Positions 25,230 to 38,696 of a stretch of DNA of 64,000 bases are shown here, in pieces. The stretch covers positions 39,798,579-39,862,578 of the forward strand of contig NC_057718.1 of NCBI RefSeq assembly GCF_004010195.1, in the 5' to 3' direction. Positions within the stretch are counted from its first letter, which is position 1, and each line of letters begins with the position of its first letter. This DNA comes from Chiloscyllium plagiosum (lineage: Eukaryota). The notes beneath the pieces were generated by a model. That model was not told the DNA's origin, ran no database searches, and saw only the letters and a program-made list of their open reading frames with translations. Position numbers and translations under genes: made by a program.

Positions 25230-25970
25230 TAATGTGTGTTATGATAACATTTCTTGGTACTCATCTCTATCTCTGGACATATCGGAGGTTGATACAGACT
25301 GCTTACTACCTTGATGTTGTATTTCACCTCGAGATCAGTTTCTGACCACATATCCACACCATCACTAAGACTATCAATTGTATTTCTGTGAAACAGCCTG
25401 CCTTCACCATGTCTCCACTCTTCTGAAACACTCATTCATATCTTGGTTACCTTGAGATATGACTATTCCAATGGATTCCTTATCATTATCCATCCTGCAA
25501 TAAACCTAACATGCCTAACTTGCACCAAGTTCTCCTCACCCTTCAGACGTGTGCACGCACATCTCTTGGTTGAGCAATACCTCAAATTGAATCCTCATCC
25601 TTGTTTTCAAATTGCTCCATGTGTAATGCTCTCCTTATGTCTGTAACTTCCTCCAGCCCAAGAACCCAGAGTTATCTCCACATTCCCAGCTTCAGCCCCT
25701 TCAGCATCTTCAATTTCAATTGTTTCACCAAAGGCTCAGCCTTCAGCTGCGGATACCCCAAGCTGTGACATTCCTTTGCTAAACCTCTCCACCTCCATTT
25801 AATCCTTTAAAGATTCTTTGAAAACTTTACCTCTTTGATCAAGCATTGAGTCATCTGTCCTAATATCTCCTTGTTTGACTCTGTCAATTTTTGTTCTATA
25901 TTGCTATGGTGCAATCTGGGATGTCTTATAAAGTTAAAGGTGCTACATAAATACAATTTGCTGTTGTTGC
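25230..25970 (+). mobile_element. Old L2 LINE 3' fragment
   Basis: ETLIHILVTLRYDYSN resembles the L2 motif LIHAFVTSRLDYCN; tail gttaaaggtgctacataaatacaa..tgttgttg. Confidence 0.65.
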
Positions 25971-27089
25971 TGATGTTTGACTTACATGAACAGAAGTAAT
26001 TTTAGGATTATAGTTTTTCAACTTCTTTCTAAATAATGTGGATGGCGGACATGAGCTAATATCACCTCACATTATTTTACTTAGTTTGGCACAGTATGTT
26101 ACAAGAAAATCAGAAAAAATGGCTTCTGAGTGTTTCTATAGCACTCTTTTATCTTGAGTCTGAGCTTCAACCTGTCACAGTTCAGGAAGTTTCCAATAGC
26201 AATCTATCTTGAAGCTGTCACAAATAGCATTAGGTAATAAAAGGCAAGCACAATAGGTGACAGGCCAATACCATCATTTGAAGACTGAGAACAGTTGTTC
26301 ACAGATCGAAAGTAAAGACAATAGCACTGATCATCCACTCTCCTTTTGCTTTGAATTGGAATATGGCTTTCTTTTTAGCTACCAAAATAATGCAACCCAA
26401 AAAACTGATCCCATTGAATTCCCTCATACCTATTAACACTTTCCTTGGTTACAATTGTGCAGTTTAAAATATTGTGTTATGCCCTGAAATTTCAGGTAAA
26501 ATCAAGGGGTCACGTAACCTGAACTGAAGTTTGCCTGACAGGAAGGATGGAAGGCTTGATTATTAGAGATTAAAGGAAAGCTCAGCTTGTTTTACCTGGG
26601 AAAAAGTGCAAAGCATATGTACTTATGGGTCAATGGCAGGTTTCTCCACTGGTAACACACAGATTGAGGTTCCAAAGTCCCAGAAAAAACTGAAAAGGTA
26701 AAATTCTAGTCAGTTGCGCTTTACACTATGCATTTAGTTCCAAAATGAATGAGTGGTCAGGATAGCTAATCAGCATTTTAACCGAAATACATGGCCTGAG
26801 AGAATCACTTTTCCATGGAGAAGATTTGAAGGGGGAGCCACTGTAGAGATCAAGCTGCAGGTTTTTCCAGAATAGACGTTTGCATGTGGGAGAGCAGGAG
26901 CAGTTCGAGGTCAAAAAAGAAAGTCTCTGCAGTTCATCACACAGGAATGTGGGTGGACACTCACTCTTTGATTAATTAAGACTAAAATCTTTTTTTGTGG
27001 GGGTGGTGGGGAAGCATGAAAACAAAGTAAACAAAGTTGGAATAAAAAAAAATCACTGAGTTTGGGTAAGAGGGTAATCTCCAGTGAAA

Positions 27090-27300
27090 GAAATCCTCAC
27101 TTTAAAAAACAGTTCCAAATCTCAAGTTATCTCGCGGAGAAAAGAGGAGGAATAAGCCCTTGGGAACTAAGAATTATTTTGGATTGATCTGGGAGAAGGA
27201 CAGTGGAAAGTAAACCTGTAAATGTGCTTTTTCAGTTAGGTTAAGAATAAGAAAGGGGGGAGGGGGCATTTCATGTGATGATTTAAAGTATACAAATCTA
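27090..27300 (+). repeat. Diverged ~200-bp direct repeat, copy 1 (copy 2 at ~32209-32415)
   Basis: Shared blocks aaaaacagtt, gagaaaagaggag, ctaagaattattt.ggattgatctggga, aagtaaacctg and ttttcagttagg. Confidence 0.85.
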
Positions 27301-28249
27301 AAAAAAGGTAAATAGGGTTTGGTCACTGGTGCTTTTTAGAGTAGTAAGTATTTAGTAAGTGAAATGTTATCATATCATTATTTCAGCAACTATTTTTAAA
27401 AATAATTCTTGATCTCAATAAAGATCATAACACTGTGCTGTGCCAGGAATCCCAAAGAAATTCATAAATGTAAGTCATGACTGTAACCATGGACTTCTTC
27501 ATTGTGCACTTGGGAAAGGATAGAAAGAAAATTATAAGCATGTCCAATGCCAGGACCAAGGAAACAGGTGCACGCTTGGAGTTTGAGTTCACCAAGCCAG
27601 TAGAGTTGAGTTTTTAAGGCCAGCTTTATCGATACCATGCACCAAGTGGCATTCCAATACCACTTCTGGATTTGCTTCTCTCAATTTCCTAAGGTCTGAA
27701 AACCCTGGTAAATATTTAAATCACACTGCTACAGGCCATGAAGACGTCTTTGGAGCAGTTTTGGGCATACCCAATAAGCCATTCCCTTATGCTGGTATGG
27801 TGGAGGAGCAGAATGAACAGAAAAAGATACAAGAGAATAAGACCTCACTAGATGCATCATTTAATAAATCAAGTCAGTCACTATGTGCAAGAATTTGGAA
27901 ATAAATCTGGCAAATGCAGAGATTAGAAGCATCGGTTGATCTGACTTAGCACAAGCTAGATGCACAGCTTCATCTATGTCAGCAGGTGAAATGACAAAAT
28001 TCTAAAGCTTAAGACAAGACAAGGAGCTCCTTTTAAAATAAAAAAAATCATATTTCTTTAATCTTTATGCCATGTTCTTGTCTGCTTTCTGGTTATCCAA
28101 ATGATTTGCTAGTAGTCAGAGTCATAGAGCTGCACAGCACAGAAACAGTCCCTTCGGTCCAACTTGACCATGCCGACCAGATATCCTCAAACTAATCTAG
28201 TCCCATTTGCCAGCACTTGACCCATATCCCTCCAAATCCTTCCTATTCA

Positions 28250-30950
28250 TACATCCATCAGATGCCTTTTAAATACTGCAATTGTACCAGCGTCCACCAC
28301 TTCCTCTGGCAGCTCATTCTATACACGTACCATACTTGGCGTCAAAATGTTGCCCCCTTGGGTTCCTTTGATATCTTTCGCCTCTCACTCTAAACCTATG
28401 CCCTCTAGCTCTGGACTCCCCAACGCCAGGGAAAAGACTTTATCTATTTATCTTATCCATGCCCCTCATGATTTTATAAACCTCTATCAGGTCACCCGTC
28501 AACCTCCAACGCTCCAGGGAAAACAGCCCCACCCTATTTAGCCTCTCCCTATGGCTCAAATCCTCCAACTCTGGCAACATCCTTGGAAATCTTTTCTGAA
28601 CACTTTCAAGTTTCACAACATCTTTCCAATAGGAAGGAGAGCAGAATTGCATGCAATACTCCAAGAGTGACCTAACCAACATCCTGTATAGCCACAACAT
28701 GACCTCTCAACTCCTGTACTCAATGTTCTGACCAATAAAGGAAAGCATACCAAATGCCTTCTTCACTATCCTGTCTACCTGCGACTCCACTTTCAAGGAG
28801 CTATGAACCTGCACTCCAAGGTCTCTTTGTTTAGCCACATTCCTTAGGACCTTGCCATCAAGCGTATAAGTCCTGCTAAGATTTGCTTTTCCAAAATGCA
28901 GTATCTTGCATTGGTCTAAGTTAAACTTCATCTGCCACTCCTCAGCCCATTGGCCCTCTGATCAAGATCCTGAAGAAACCTTCTTTCCTGTCTACTACAC
29001 CACCAATTTTGGTGTCATCTGTAAACTTACTAACTATATCTCCTATGTTCATATCCAAATCGTTTAGATAAATGACGAAAAGTAGTGGACCCAGCACCGA
29101 TCCTTGTACTGGAGGTCACAGGCCTCCAGTCTGAAAAACAGCCCTCCACCATCACCCTCTGTCTTCCACCTTTCAGCCAGTTCTGTATCCAAATGGCTAG
29201 TTCTCCCTGTATTCCATGAGCTCTAATCTTGCTAACTAGTCTCCCATGAGGAGCCTTGTCGAATGTCTTACTGAAGTCCATATAGATCACATCTACCGCT
29301 CTTCCCCCATCAATCCTCTTTGTTATTTCTGCAAAAAACTCAATCAAGTTTGTGAGACATGATTTCCCACACATAAAGCCATGTTGACTGTCCCTAATCA
29401 GACCTTGCTTTTCCAAATACGTCTAAATCCTGTCCCTCAGGATTCCCTCCAACAACCTGCCCACCGCCGATGTCAGACTCACTGGTCTATAGTTCCCTGG
29501 CTTGTCCTTACCACCTTTCTTAAATAATAGTACCATGTTAGCCAACCACCAGTCCTCCGGCACCTCACCTGTGACTATCAATGACACAACTATCTCAGCA
29601 AGGGGCCCAGTATTCACTTCCTTAACTTCCCACAGAGTTCTAGGGTACACCATTTAGATCCAAACGATTTATCTACCTTAATGCTTTTCAAGACATCCAG
29701 CACTTCCTCCTCTGTAATATGGACATCTTTCAAGATGTCACCATCTATTTCCCCACATTCTATATCTTCCAATGTCCTTCTCCACAGTAAAAACACAGCT
29801 GCAGTATACTTGTTTAGTATCTCCTCCATCTCCTGCGGCTCCACACAAAGGCTGCCTTGCTGATCTTTGAGGGGCCCTATTCATCCCTAGTTAAACTTTT
29901 GTCCTTAATGTATTTGTAAAAACCCTTTGGATTCTTCTTAACTTGATTTGCCAAAGCTATCTAATGTCTCCTTTTTGCCCTCCTGATTTCCCTCTTAAGT
30001 ATACGCCTACTGCCTTTGTACTCTTCTCAGGATTCAATTGAATTCTCCTGTCTATACTTGACATATGCTTCCTACTTTTTCTTAACCAAACCCTCAGTTT
30101 CTCTAGTCATCCAGCATTCCCTATACCTACCAGCCTTTCCTCTCACCCGAACAGACATTTGCTGTCTCTGGACTCTTGTTATCTCATTTTTGGAGGCATC
30201 CCATTTTCCAGTCATCCCTTTACTTGCAAACATCTGCACCCAATCAGCTTTTGAAAGTTCTTGCCTAATACCATCAAAATTAGCCTTCATCCAATTTAGA
30301 ACTTCAACTGTTAGATCTGGTCTATCCTTTTCCATCACTATTTTGAAACTAATAGAATTCTGTTCACTGGCCCCAATGTGCTCCCCCACTACACCTCAGT
30401 CACCTGCCCTGCCCTATTTCCCAAGTGCAGGTCAAGTTTTGCACCTTCTCTAGTAGGTTTCTTGGACACACTTAACAAATTCCTCTCCATATAAACCCTT
30501 AACACTATGGCAGTCCCAGTCGATGTTTGGAAAGTTAAAATCATCTTCCATAACCACCATATAATTCTTACAGATAACTGAAATCTCCTTACAAATTTGT
30601 TTCTCAATTTGCTGTTGAGTACTAGGGGGTCTATAATTCAATTCCAATAAGGTGATCATCCCTTTCTCATTTCTCAGTTCCACCCAAATAACTTCACTGG
30701 ATATATTCCTAGGAATATCCTCCCCAATTACAGCAGTAATGCTATCCCTTAACAAAAAGGCCACTCCCCTTCCTCTCTTGCCCCTCTTTCTATCCATCCT
30801 GTAGCATTTGTATCCTGGAACATTTAGCTGCTAGTCCTATCCATCCCTGAGCCAAATGCGATGATATCCAAGTCCATTGTTCCCTGACTTCATCTGCCTT
30901 CTCTGTTTGGCCTCTTGCATTGAAGTAAATACAGTTTAATTTATCAGTTC
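28250..30950 (-). pseudogene. CR1 ORF2 (AP endonuclease + reverse transcriptase), disrupted
   Basis: ORF-track fragments 30450-30797, 30072-30389, 29423-29653, 29030-29416, 28707-28931 and 28440-28700 are in collinear order. Confidence 0.92.
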
Positions 30951-30956
30951 CCTACC

Positions 30957-31900
30957 TTATTTTCTGCTTTGTTTCTGCCTGCCCTGACTGTTTGACTTGC
31001 TCTTTTTCCCAACTGTATCAGTCTCAGATTGATCTATTTCCCAAGCAGTTCTGGCAAATCTCCCTGCTAGTATATTAGTCCCCTTCCAATTCTGGTGCAA
31101 TCTGTACTTCTTGTCCAGGTCACTTCTACCCCAGAACAGATTCCAATGATCCGAAAACATAAATCATTCTCCCCTGCACCAGCTCCTCAGCCACACATTC
31201 ATCTACTCTATCCTCCTAATCCTAATCTCACTACCTCATAGCGCTGTGAGTAATTCACATATTATTACCCTAGAGGATCTCCTTTTTAAATTCCTGCCTA
31301 ACTTTCTATACCCCCTCTTTAGAATCTCATCCTTTTCCTTCGCTATGTCATCAGTTCCAATGTGTACAATGACCTCCTGCTGGTCCCTCTCCCCTTTCTG
31401 TACCCTCTGTGAGACAACCTTGATTCTGGCACCAGAGAAGCAACACACCATTCTGATTTTTCACTGCTGGCTGCAGAGGTGTGTCTCTCTGTGCCTCGGA
31501 CTACAGAGTCCCCTAACACAATTGATCACTTGGAACCTGATGCACTCATTACATTCAAGCCAGTCTTGATACCAGAAAATTGGCTGTTTGTGCTACATTC
31601 CCCTGAAAGTCCATCACCCCTTCCATTTTCCAAAATAGTATACTTGTTGAAATGGGGTTAGCCACAGAAGACTCCTGTACTACCCACCTACCTCTTCTAT
31701 CTTTCTTGAAGTTAACCCTTTACCTGACCATATTTGCAGCTAGGGGATGTTTAGCTGTTGTAAATTCCTCATTGCCGCTTACCGTCGCTCCAACCGATCC
31801 ATTCGATTTGACAGAATTCACAACCAACAACATTTATTGCAGATATAATCCTCAGTAACCCTCAACTTCTACTGAAACGCCCACATCCGACAAGAGCATA
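30957..31900 (-). pseudogene. CR1 ORF1 (CxxC/zipper + SGNH esterase-like), disrupted
   Basis: EDYICNKCCWL..LSNRMDRLE; VCCFSGARI..VS..V...EVIVHIGTDDI; LHQNWKGTNILAGRFA. Confidence 0.8.
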
Positions 31901-32208
31901 TCAGTCTACTAAAGGCCATTTTGCTCTTTCCAATCTACGCACCCAGAAAATATCACCGTCGTATTGCTCTACCAAACATTGCTCCAGGTTAACTTAATAC
32001 TTATGGCATTTTATTAAAAAAAATTTAATCAAGAGACAAATCACAATAAAAACATGTAATCAAGAAAGAACCTTCTACAGTGGGTCTACAACCAAGAACA
32101 TTTTGCATTTTTAAGTTTTTCTTATTAAGACAAAATGTAATTATTTTCCTCAGAATTGAGCCCTTGTGGTACTCAAGGGTCTTAAAAGTAAGTGCAATTC
32201 CAAAAATC

Positions 32209-32415
32209 AATCCTTACTTTTAAAAACAGTTCTAAGATTTCAAGCTACCTGGTTGAGAAAAGAGGAGAAATAATCCCTTGGACGCTAAGAATTATTTCGG
32301 ATTGATCTGGGAAAAGGACAGTATTAAGTAAACCTGAAAAGTATGTTTTTTCAGTTAGGCTAGGAACAAGAAGTGGCTGTGGGTATCTCATGGGCTTATT
32401 TAAATTATAAAGATC
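32209..32415 (+). repeat. Diverged ~200-bp direct repeat, copy 2
   Basis: See 27090-27300. Confidence 0.85.
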
Positions 32416-33149
32416 CTTTAAAATCTTGGAAATTAAAACATAACATTTTGGCGTCTAAATTGTGCTGTTTATATAGTTTATATTAGCAATTCTTCAGTAA
32501 CCAAATATGTTTTGTTTTAAATATGTTAACAGTTGAGGAAGTATGTCAATTTACATATACACCACTTTCCATCTTTATGTTTATGAATATCTGAGTAAAA
32601 AAGTTCAATTTGCAATTTCACTTAGAAGAAAAGCAACATAATTAAAAGCCAAGATTAAAAGCTTTGTCAATTGACTCCACCTGAACAATGAAACATTTTG
32701 CCATTCATTTATTTACAATTTCTTTTGGCTTGATTTAAAGGCTGAAAGATTTACAACAATGCACACAAAGAAACTATGTCAGCTGTCTTTTTAAAAAGGT
32801 GGTGTTCAGCTACTTTGCATATTACAAGGATTGAAGAATTCAGTTCTTAATCGACTATCCTGGCCAGAAATAGGGGTGGCACAAGTCATAGGGTCAAGTG
32901 ATGATGGTGACATTGCACACATTCAAAAAAACCTAATAGAATTTCCTTTTGCCTCAACATCTGCTACAATGTAAAACTCTAACAGAGACGGTGTTAACTA
33001 GATCTCTCAGTTTATAACTTCAATGCTGGATGTTTTTAAGTGAACAACTTTGGCCACAATCCTCTGATGGCTTAACCACAATGAATCATCTGCAGGTTCA
33101 CCATAGAATGGATCCTTTTGATTCAGCCCATCTCCATGGGAGATAGTCA

Positions 33150-35270
33150 ACCACAGACAAAAACAGAAATTGCTGGAAAACCTAGCAGGTCTGAAGCATT
33201 TGTGGATAGAAATCAGAGTTAACATTTAGAGTCACAGAGATGTACAGCATGGAAACAGACCCTTCGGTCCAACCCGTCCATGCCAACCAGATATCCCAAC
33301 CCAATCTAGTCCCACCTGCCAGCTCCCGACCCATATCCCTCCAAACCCTTCTTATTCATATACCCATCCTAATGCCTCTTAAATGTTGCAATTGTACCAG
33401 CCACCACCACTTCCTCTGACAGCTCATTCCATACACGTACCACTCTCTGTGTGAAAAAGTGGCCCCTGAGGTCTCTTTTATATCTTTCCCCTCTCACCCT
33501 AAACCTATGCCCTGTAGTTCTAGACTCCCTGACCCCAGGAAAAAGACGATTTACACTATCCATGCCCCTCATAATTTTGTAAACCTCTATCAGGTCACCC
33601 CTCAGCCTCTGACACTCCAGGGAAAACAGCCCCAGCGTGTTCAGCCTCTCCCTATAGCTCAAATCCTCTAACCCTGGCAACATCCTTGTAAATCTTTTCT
33701 GAACACTTTCAAGTTTCACAACATCTTTCCGATAGGAAGGAGACCAGAATTGCACGCAATATTCCAACAGTGGCCTAACCAATGTCCTGTACAGCCACAA
33801 TATGACCTCCCAACTCCTGCACTCAATACTCTGACCAATAAAGGAAAGCATACCAAACGCCTTCTTCACTATCCTATCTACCTGTGACTCCACTTTCAAG
33901 GAGCTATGAACCTGCATTCCAAGGTCTCTTTGTTCAGTAACACTAACTAGGACCTTACCATTCAGTGTATAAGTCCTGCTAAGATTTGGTTTCACAAAAT
34001 GCAGCACCTCGCATTTATCTGAATTAAACTCCATCTGCCACTTCTCAACCCATTGGCCCATCTGGTCAAGATCCTGTTGTAATTCAAGGTAACCCTCTTC
34101 GCTGTCCACTACACCTCCAATTTTGGTGTCATCTGTCAACTTACTAACTGTACCTCTTATGCTCGCATCCAAATCATTTATGTAAATGACAAAAAGTAGA
34201 GGACCTAGCAGAGGACCTTGTGGCATTCCACTAGTCACAGGCCTCTAGTCTGAAAAACAATCTTCCACCACCACCCTCAGTCTTCTTCCTTTGAGCCAGT
34301 TCTATATCCAAATAGCTAGTTCTCCCTGTATTCCGTGAGATCTAATCTTGCTAATAGTCTCCCATGGGGAACCTTGTCAAATGCCTTACTGAAGTCCATT
34401 TAGATCACACCTACCTCTCTGCCCTCATCAATCCTCTTTGTTGCTTCTTCAAAAAACTCAATCAAGTTTGTGAGACATGATTTCCCACGCACAAAGCCAT
34501 GTTGACTATCCCTAATCAGTCCCTGCCTTTCCAAATACATGTACATCCTGTCCCTCAGGATTCCCTCCAACAACTTGCCCACCACCGAGGTCAGGTTCAC
34601 CGGTCTATAGTTCCCTAGCTTGTCCTTACTGCCCTTCTTAAATAGTGGCACCACGTTTGCCAACCTCCAGTCTTCCGGCACCTCACCTGTGACTATCGAT
34701 GATACAAATATCTCTGCAAGAGGCCCAGCAATCACTTCTCTAGCTTCCCACAGAGTTCTAGGGTTCAGTGACTCTTCCTCAGAACTAATGGTAGCGAGGG
34801 AAAAGAGATGCAGAACATAGAGTGGGGAGGAGGGGATAAGGGGCAAATGGATCATGGAAATGCAACCCAAACAGAGAAAAATAGTTGGATAGAAAATGGT
34901 GTGAATAACCATCAGCAAACGAAAATTAATAGCTACAAATGGGGGCAATTAGTGGCTAACAATGGGTTGTGTATAGTAGCAGACCATGTGATAACAAGGA
35001 CTAATGTGTAGGTGTTGGGTTAAGGACAAGGGAGAAGGCGCCTCAAGCCCCTAAAATTGCTGAAGTCAATAATGAGTCCATAATGCTGTAGAGTTCCCAA
35101 GCGGAATATAAGGTATTGTTCATCTAGGCTGCACTGAGCTTCACTAGAGCACTGCAGCAAGCCTGAGACAGAGATGTGGGACAGGGGCCAAAGTGGTGCG
35201 TTGAAGTGACAGGCAACAGTAAGTTTAGAGACAGAATGTAGGAATTCTGCAAAGCGATCAGAGATAATCA
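33150..35270 (-). mobile_element. Penelope-like element (family D), split by a CR1 insertion
   Basis: ORF 35020-35271 (DRFAE.L...VACHFN...EQYLIFRLGTLQ..G..IDFSNF) is the GIY-YIG C-terminal part; terminal repeat lies at 33150-33227 and from 34761 onward. Confidence 0.8.
33228..34764 (-). mobile_element. HER1-like CR1, 1.5-kb 5'-truncated and relatively young
   Basis: 289-aa ORF 33369-34238 (SGMPQG..LGPLLFVIYINDLD...TDDTK) plus ORF 34400-34760. Confidence 0.97.
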
Positions 35271-36703
35271 AGCCACTGGAAAATATTCTATTTGAGGAAA
35301 AATTGCCCTCTTATCAAATTTAAGCTAAAGTTCCTCAGTACCAGAAACACACAAGAACAACAATGTGAAATTTCACAGCACTGTTTAATTGTGACAAAAT
35401 ATTCTAAAATGTTTCACAGGAGGGGAAACAAAACTCTTCTTGCTTTGGGCCAATGTAATTTTAAAAAAGGGTGGTTAAATGTTTATTTAAAAAGGTAGAG
35501 ATTAAGACTCTTAAGAGAGGAAGAGTCATTCAGTAAATAATAATTGGTTTTGAATATGGAATTGAAACCAAACAAAACGCAGATGTTGCAAACTGTGTTA
35601 AACTCTCTAATCTTGATATTCTAATATACCAATAATAATGCTGAGTCATCTACTTAGACATTTATAGCACAGAACAAAGGCTTTTGGTCATGTTGATGCC
35701 AGTCAACAAGGATCTGACTGCACTAATCCCATTTTCCAATTACTGTTCCACAGCTCTGGATACTGCAGCAATGCAAGTGAATATCTAACTACTGCTTAAA
35801 ATGTTGAGAGTTTCTGACCCGGCCATTCTTTCAGGCATCGAGTTCCAATCTCCACCACCTTCTGGGTGAAACATTTCTCCTAACACTCTTCCCAGCTTTC
35901 TACCTCTTCCATGACTGACCCCTCTACGGAGGGAAAAAGTGCTTTCCTCGGCACCCTATCATAATCTTATACATACCTATCAGGTCCTTATTCAGCTTTG
36001 CTGCTCCAAAGAAAACAACCCCAGTCTATACAATTTTTCCTCGTAGGTCGGACCCTTCAGCCCAGGCAGCATCCTGGTAAATTGCCTCAGCACCCTCTCT
36101 GGTGCAGTCCCATGCTATGAAGTACATGCAGGAATCCAATTATAGCCTAAGCAGCATTTTATGCAGTTTCAGCATTTCCTCCTTGCTTCTTGTATTCTCC
36201 CCCTCAGCTAAAGGCAACTATCCTGCAGGCCTTCGTAACCACCGCCATTCTATGCTCAGGAATCTGTGGATGTACACACACAAGATCCCTCTGACCTTTA
36301 GTACCTTCTAGGGTGCCACCATTCATAGCATAATCCTTTGCCTTATTCGACCTCCCCAAGTCCATTACCTCACACTTATTCATTTGTTCCACAATTCCAT
36401 TTGTCACTGCTCTGTCCACCTGACCAGTCTCTGTCTACATCCTCCTGCAGGTTACCATCATTCTCCTCACTATTTTCATGTCACCCGCAAACCTCTTGAT
36501 CATCCCCCTTGCATTCAAGTCTAAATCATTAATGAATTCCAAAAACAGCAAAGGTCCCAGCATTTAGCCTTGCGGAGCCCCATTGGAAAACAGACTTCCC
36601 ATCACAGAAACATCCTCAACTACCATCCTTAGCTTCCTGCTTCTTGGCTAATTTTGGATCCATTGTACTACTTCGCTTTGAATCTCATGACTCTTATTTT
36701 CTT

Positions 36704-37196
36704 GGTAAAAACAATGACTGCAGATGCTGGAAACCAGATTCTGGATTAGTGGTGCTGGAAGAGCACAGCAGTTCAGGCAGCATCCAAGGAGCAGTGAAAT
36801 CGACGTTTCGGGCAAAAGCCCTTCATCAGGAATAAAGGCAGTGAGCCTGAAGCGTGGAGAGATAAGCTAGAGGAGGGTGGGGGTGGGGAGTAAGTAGCAT
36901 AGAGTACAATGGGTGAGTGGGGGAGGGGATGAAGGTGATAGGTCAGGCAGGAGAGGGTGGAGTGGATAGGTGGAAAAGGAGATAGGCAGGTAGGACAGGT
37001 CTGGACAAGTCATGGGGACAGTGCTGAGCTGGAAGTTTGGAACTAGGGTGAGGTGGGGGAAGGGGAAATGAGGACGGAGGCAGGCACTGAGGAAGCAAAT
37101 GCGGCTGTGGTAGCGAGTTTGTTTCACGACATGGTTGAAGAGCTTCAGGGCAGAGGAAATGACCTGTGAGTTGCAGTGGGAGAGGGACTCCCAGAG
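36704..37196 (-). mobile_element. PLE family A terminal repeat plus adjacent sequence
   Basis: Nearly identical to parts of 48087-48624; contains an intact hammerhead motif. Confidence 0.85.
36800..36831 (-). ncRNA. Minimal hammerhead ribozyme motif, intact core (family A)
   Basis: UC CUGAUGA A GGGC uuuu GCCC GAA ACGU C GA; predicted cleavage after GUC. Confidence 0.75.
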
Positions 37197-38696
37197 ATTC
37201 TTGACCAGTGTGTCATCAGAGATCTCGTTAAACCCTTGCAAGTCCACTATAGACCACATCAAATGCATTACCTTCATCAACATGTCTGATTACTGCCTCA
37301 AAAATTAACAAGTTTATCAAACACAATCTTCCTTTAATAAATCCATATTGACTATCTGTCATAAATCCCACTCTCTCCAAATGCAGATTTATTCTATCAT
37401 TCAAAATTCTTTCTAATAAATTTCTTACAACAGAGGTTAAACTGACTGGCCTGACATTTTCTGGTCTATCCCTCCCTCCCTTTTTTGGTAGAGGGACAAT
37501 GTTAGCAACCTTCCAGTCCTCCACCCTGATGACTACATCTACATCATGCTTTTCTACTGTGAGGACTGATGCAAAGTATTCATTGAAGACTCGGCTCATG
37601 TCTTCTGGATCCACATATACAGACTACTTCTCTGGTCTCTAATGGGCCCTACCCTTTCCCTCGTCAATCTCTTGATCTTCATACATTTAAAAGACTTCTT
37701 TGTTCTACATCACACCACTCCCCAACTCCCACCTCAACACTTTTTCATGTACTGTCTTAGCTTTCCTTAGTTCCTTTTTAAGTTCCCTTCTGCAATTTCA
37801 ATCCTCTCAGGGCTCTGTGCTATTAAGTCTTCAAAATCTGCTGTAAGATTCTCTGATTCAAATGTTTTACTCAGTAAGTTTAAATCATCTTGCAGCATGT
37901 TTTCAAATCATTTGGAAAAACAAATTGATACTGTTATGCCCAAAACAAAAGGATTATTCCACTTTTATATTGGGAAGAATAAATATATTTTACCTCAATA
38001 ATGTTTCACAATTTATCAGTATGAGCAGCAGAAAGGATAACCACTCTTGTTTCTGATGTGATGTTTCTTCTTCAAATATTATGAAAACTAGCTTTCAGTT
38101 TTCATTCTGGTTTTCAAATAGTTTGGAAAAATTACCATAAAATTCTGTCAAAATATTAAGGAGGATACATTTTCGTATGTAATGAGTCATGCTTAAGTTC
38201 TCCAATAAAAAAAAGAATGTTATATGTCGGCTCTTTGACAAAAATAAGGTGTGTTTAATTATAATAGTGACATATGTAATGTTGTTGTAACAATAAACTG
38301 CCTTTACATTTAGTTCCTCTGAGAAAATCCCATGATGCTTCACAAATCAGCAATAGGAAAATAAATGCAGATTAAGCAAGGTACAGATTGGGAGCAGTGA
38401 CAGAAAGCTTGACCAAAATAAAGCATCATGCGATTGTTAAGATTAAGGATGGAGAGGCTTATTGAGGAAGATAAGGACTTTGAATGCTTTGTGGTCTGGG
38501 AACTTCACATTACAGCATAGATTAGAGACCTCCCAGAGGAAAAATCCAGTAATAAAAGGGGAAATGAATTTACTGTCATACTAGATATCCATTTTTAGAT
38601 GTATGAGTCAAACCAGAATGTGCAATTTGCTAGTTTTGCTGGTTCTTCCTTCTGGGTAGACAGGTCTGTACCTACAGAAATCAGCTAAGTGCTATC

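Larger units (their letters stand above)
28114..32080 (-). mobile_element. Near-full-length decayed HER1-like CR1 LINE (5' UTR, ORF1, ORF2, tail)
   Basis: ORF1 zinc-finger and esterase remnants; ORF2 APE (RGRGVAF, YRPP, DFNFPNIDW) and RT (PGNYRPVSLTS, QHGF..KSCLTNL, VIYMDFSKTFD); many frameshifts. Confidence 0.95.
35650..37850 (-). mobile_element. Older CR1 fragment, interrupted by a PLE
   Basis: ORFs 37228-37614 (EDWKVANIVPL.KKGGRDRPEN.RPVSLTSVV) and 36204-36419. Confidence 0.85.

Noticed and set aside
33369..34238. 289-aa ORF as a host gene or domesticated RT
   Set aside because: 5'-truncated CR1 with an altered catalytic motif (LTDD) and a disrupted upstream frame; similar to neighbouring copies.
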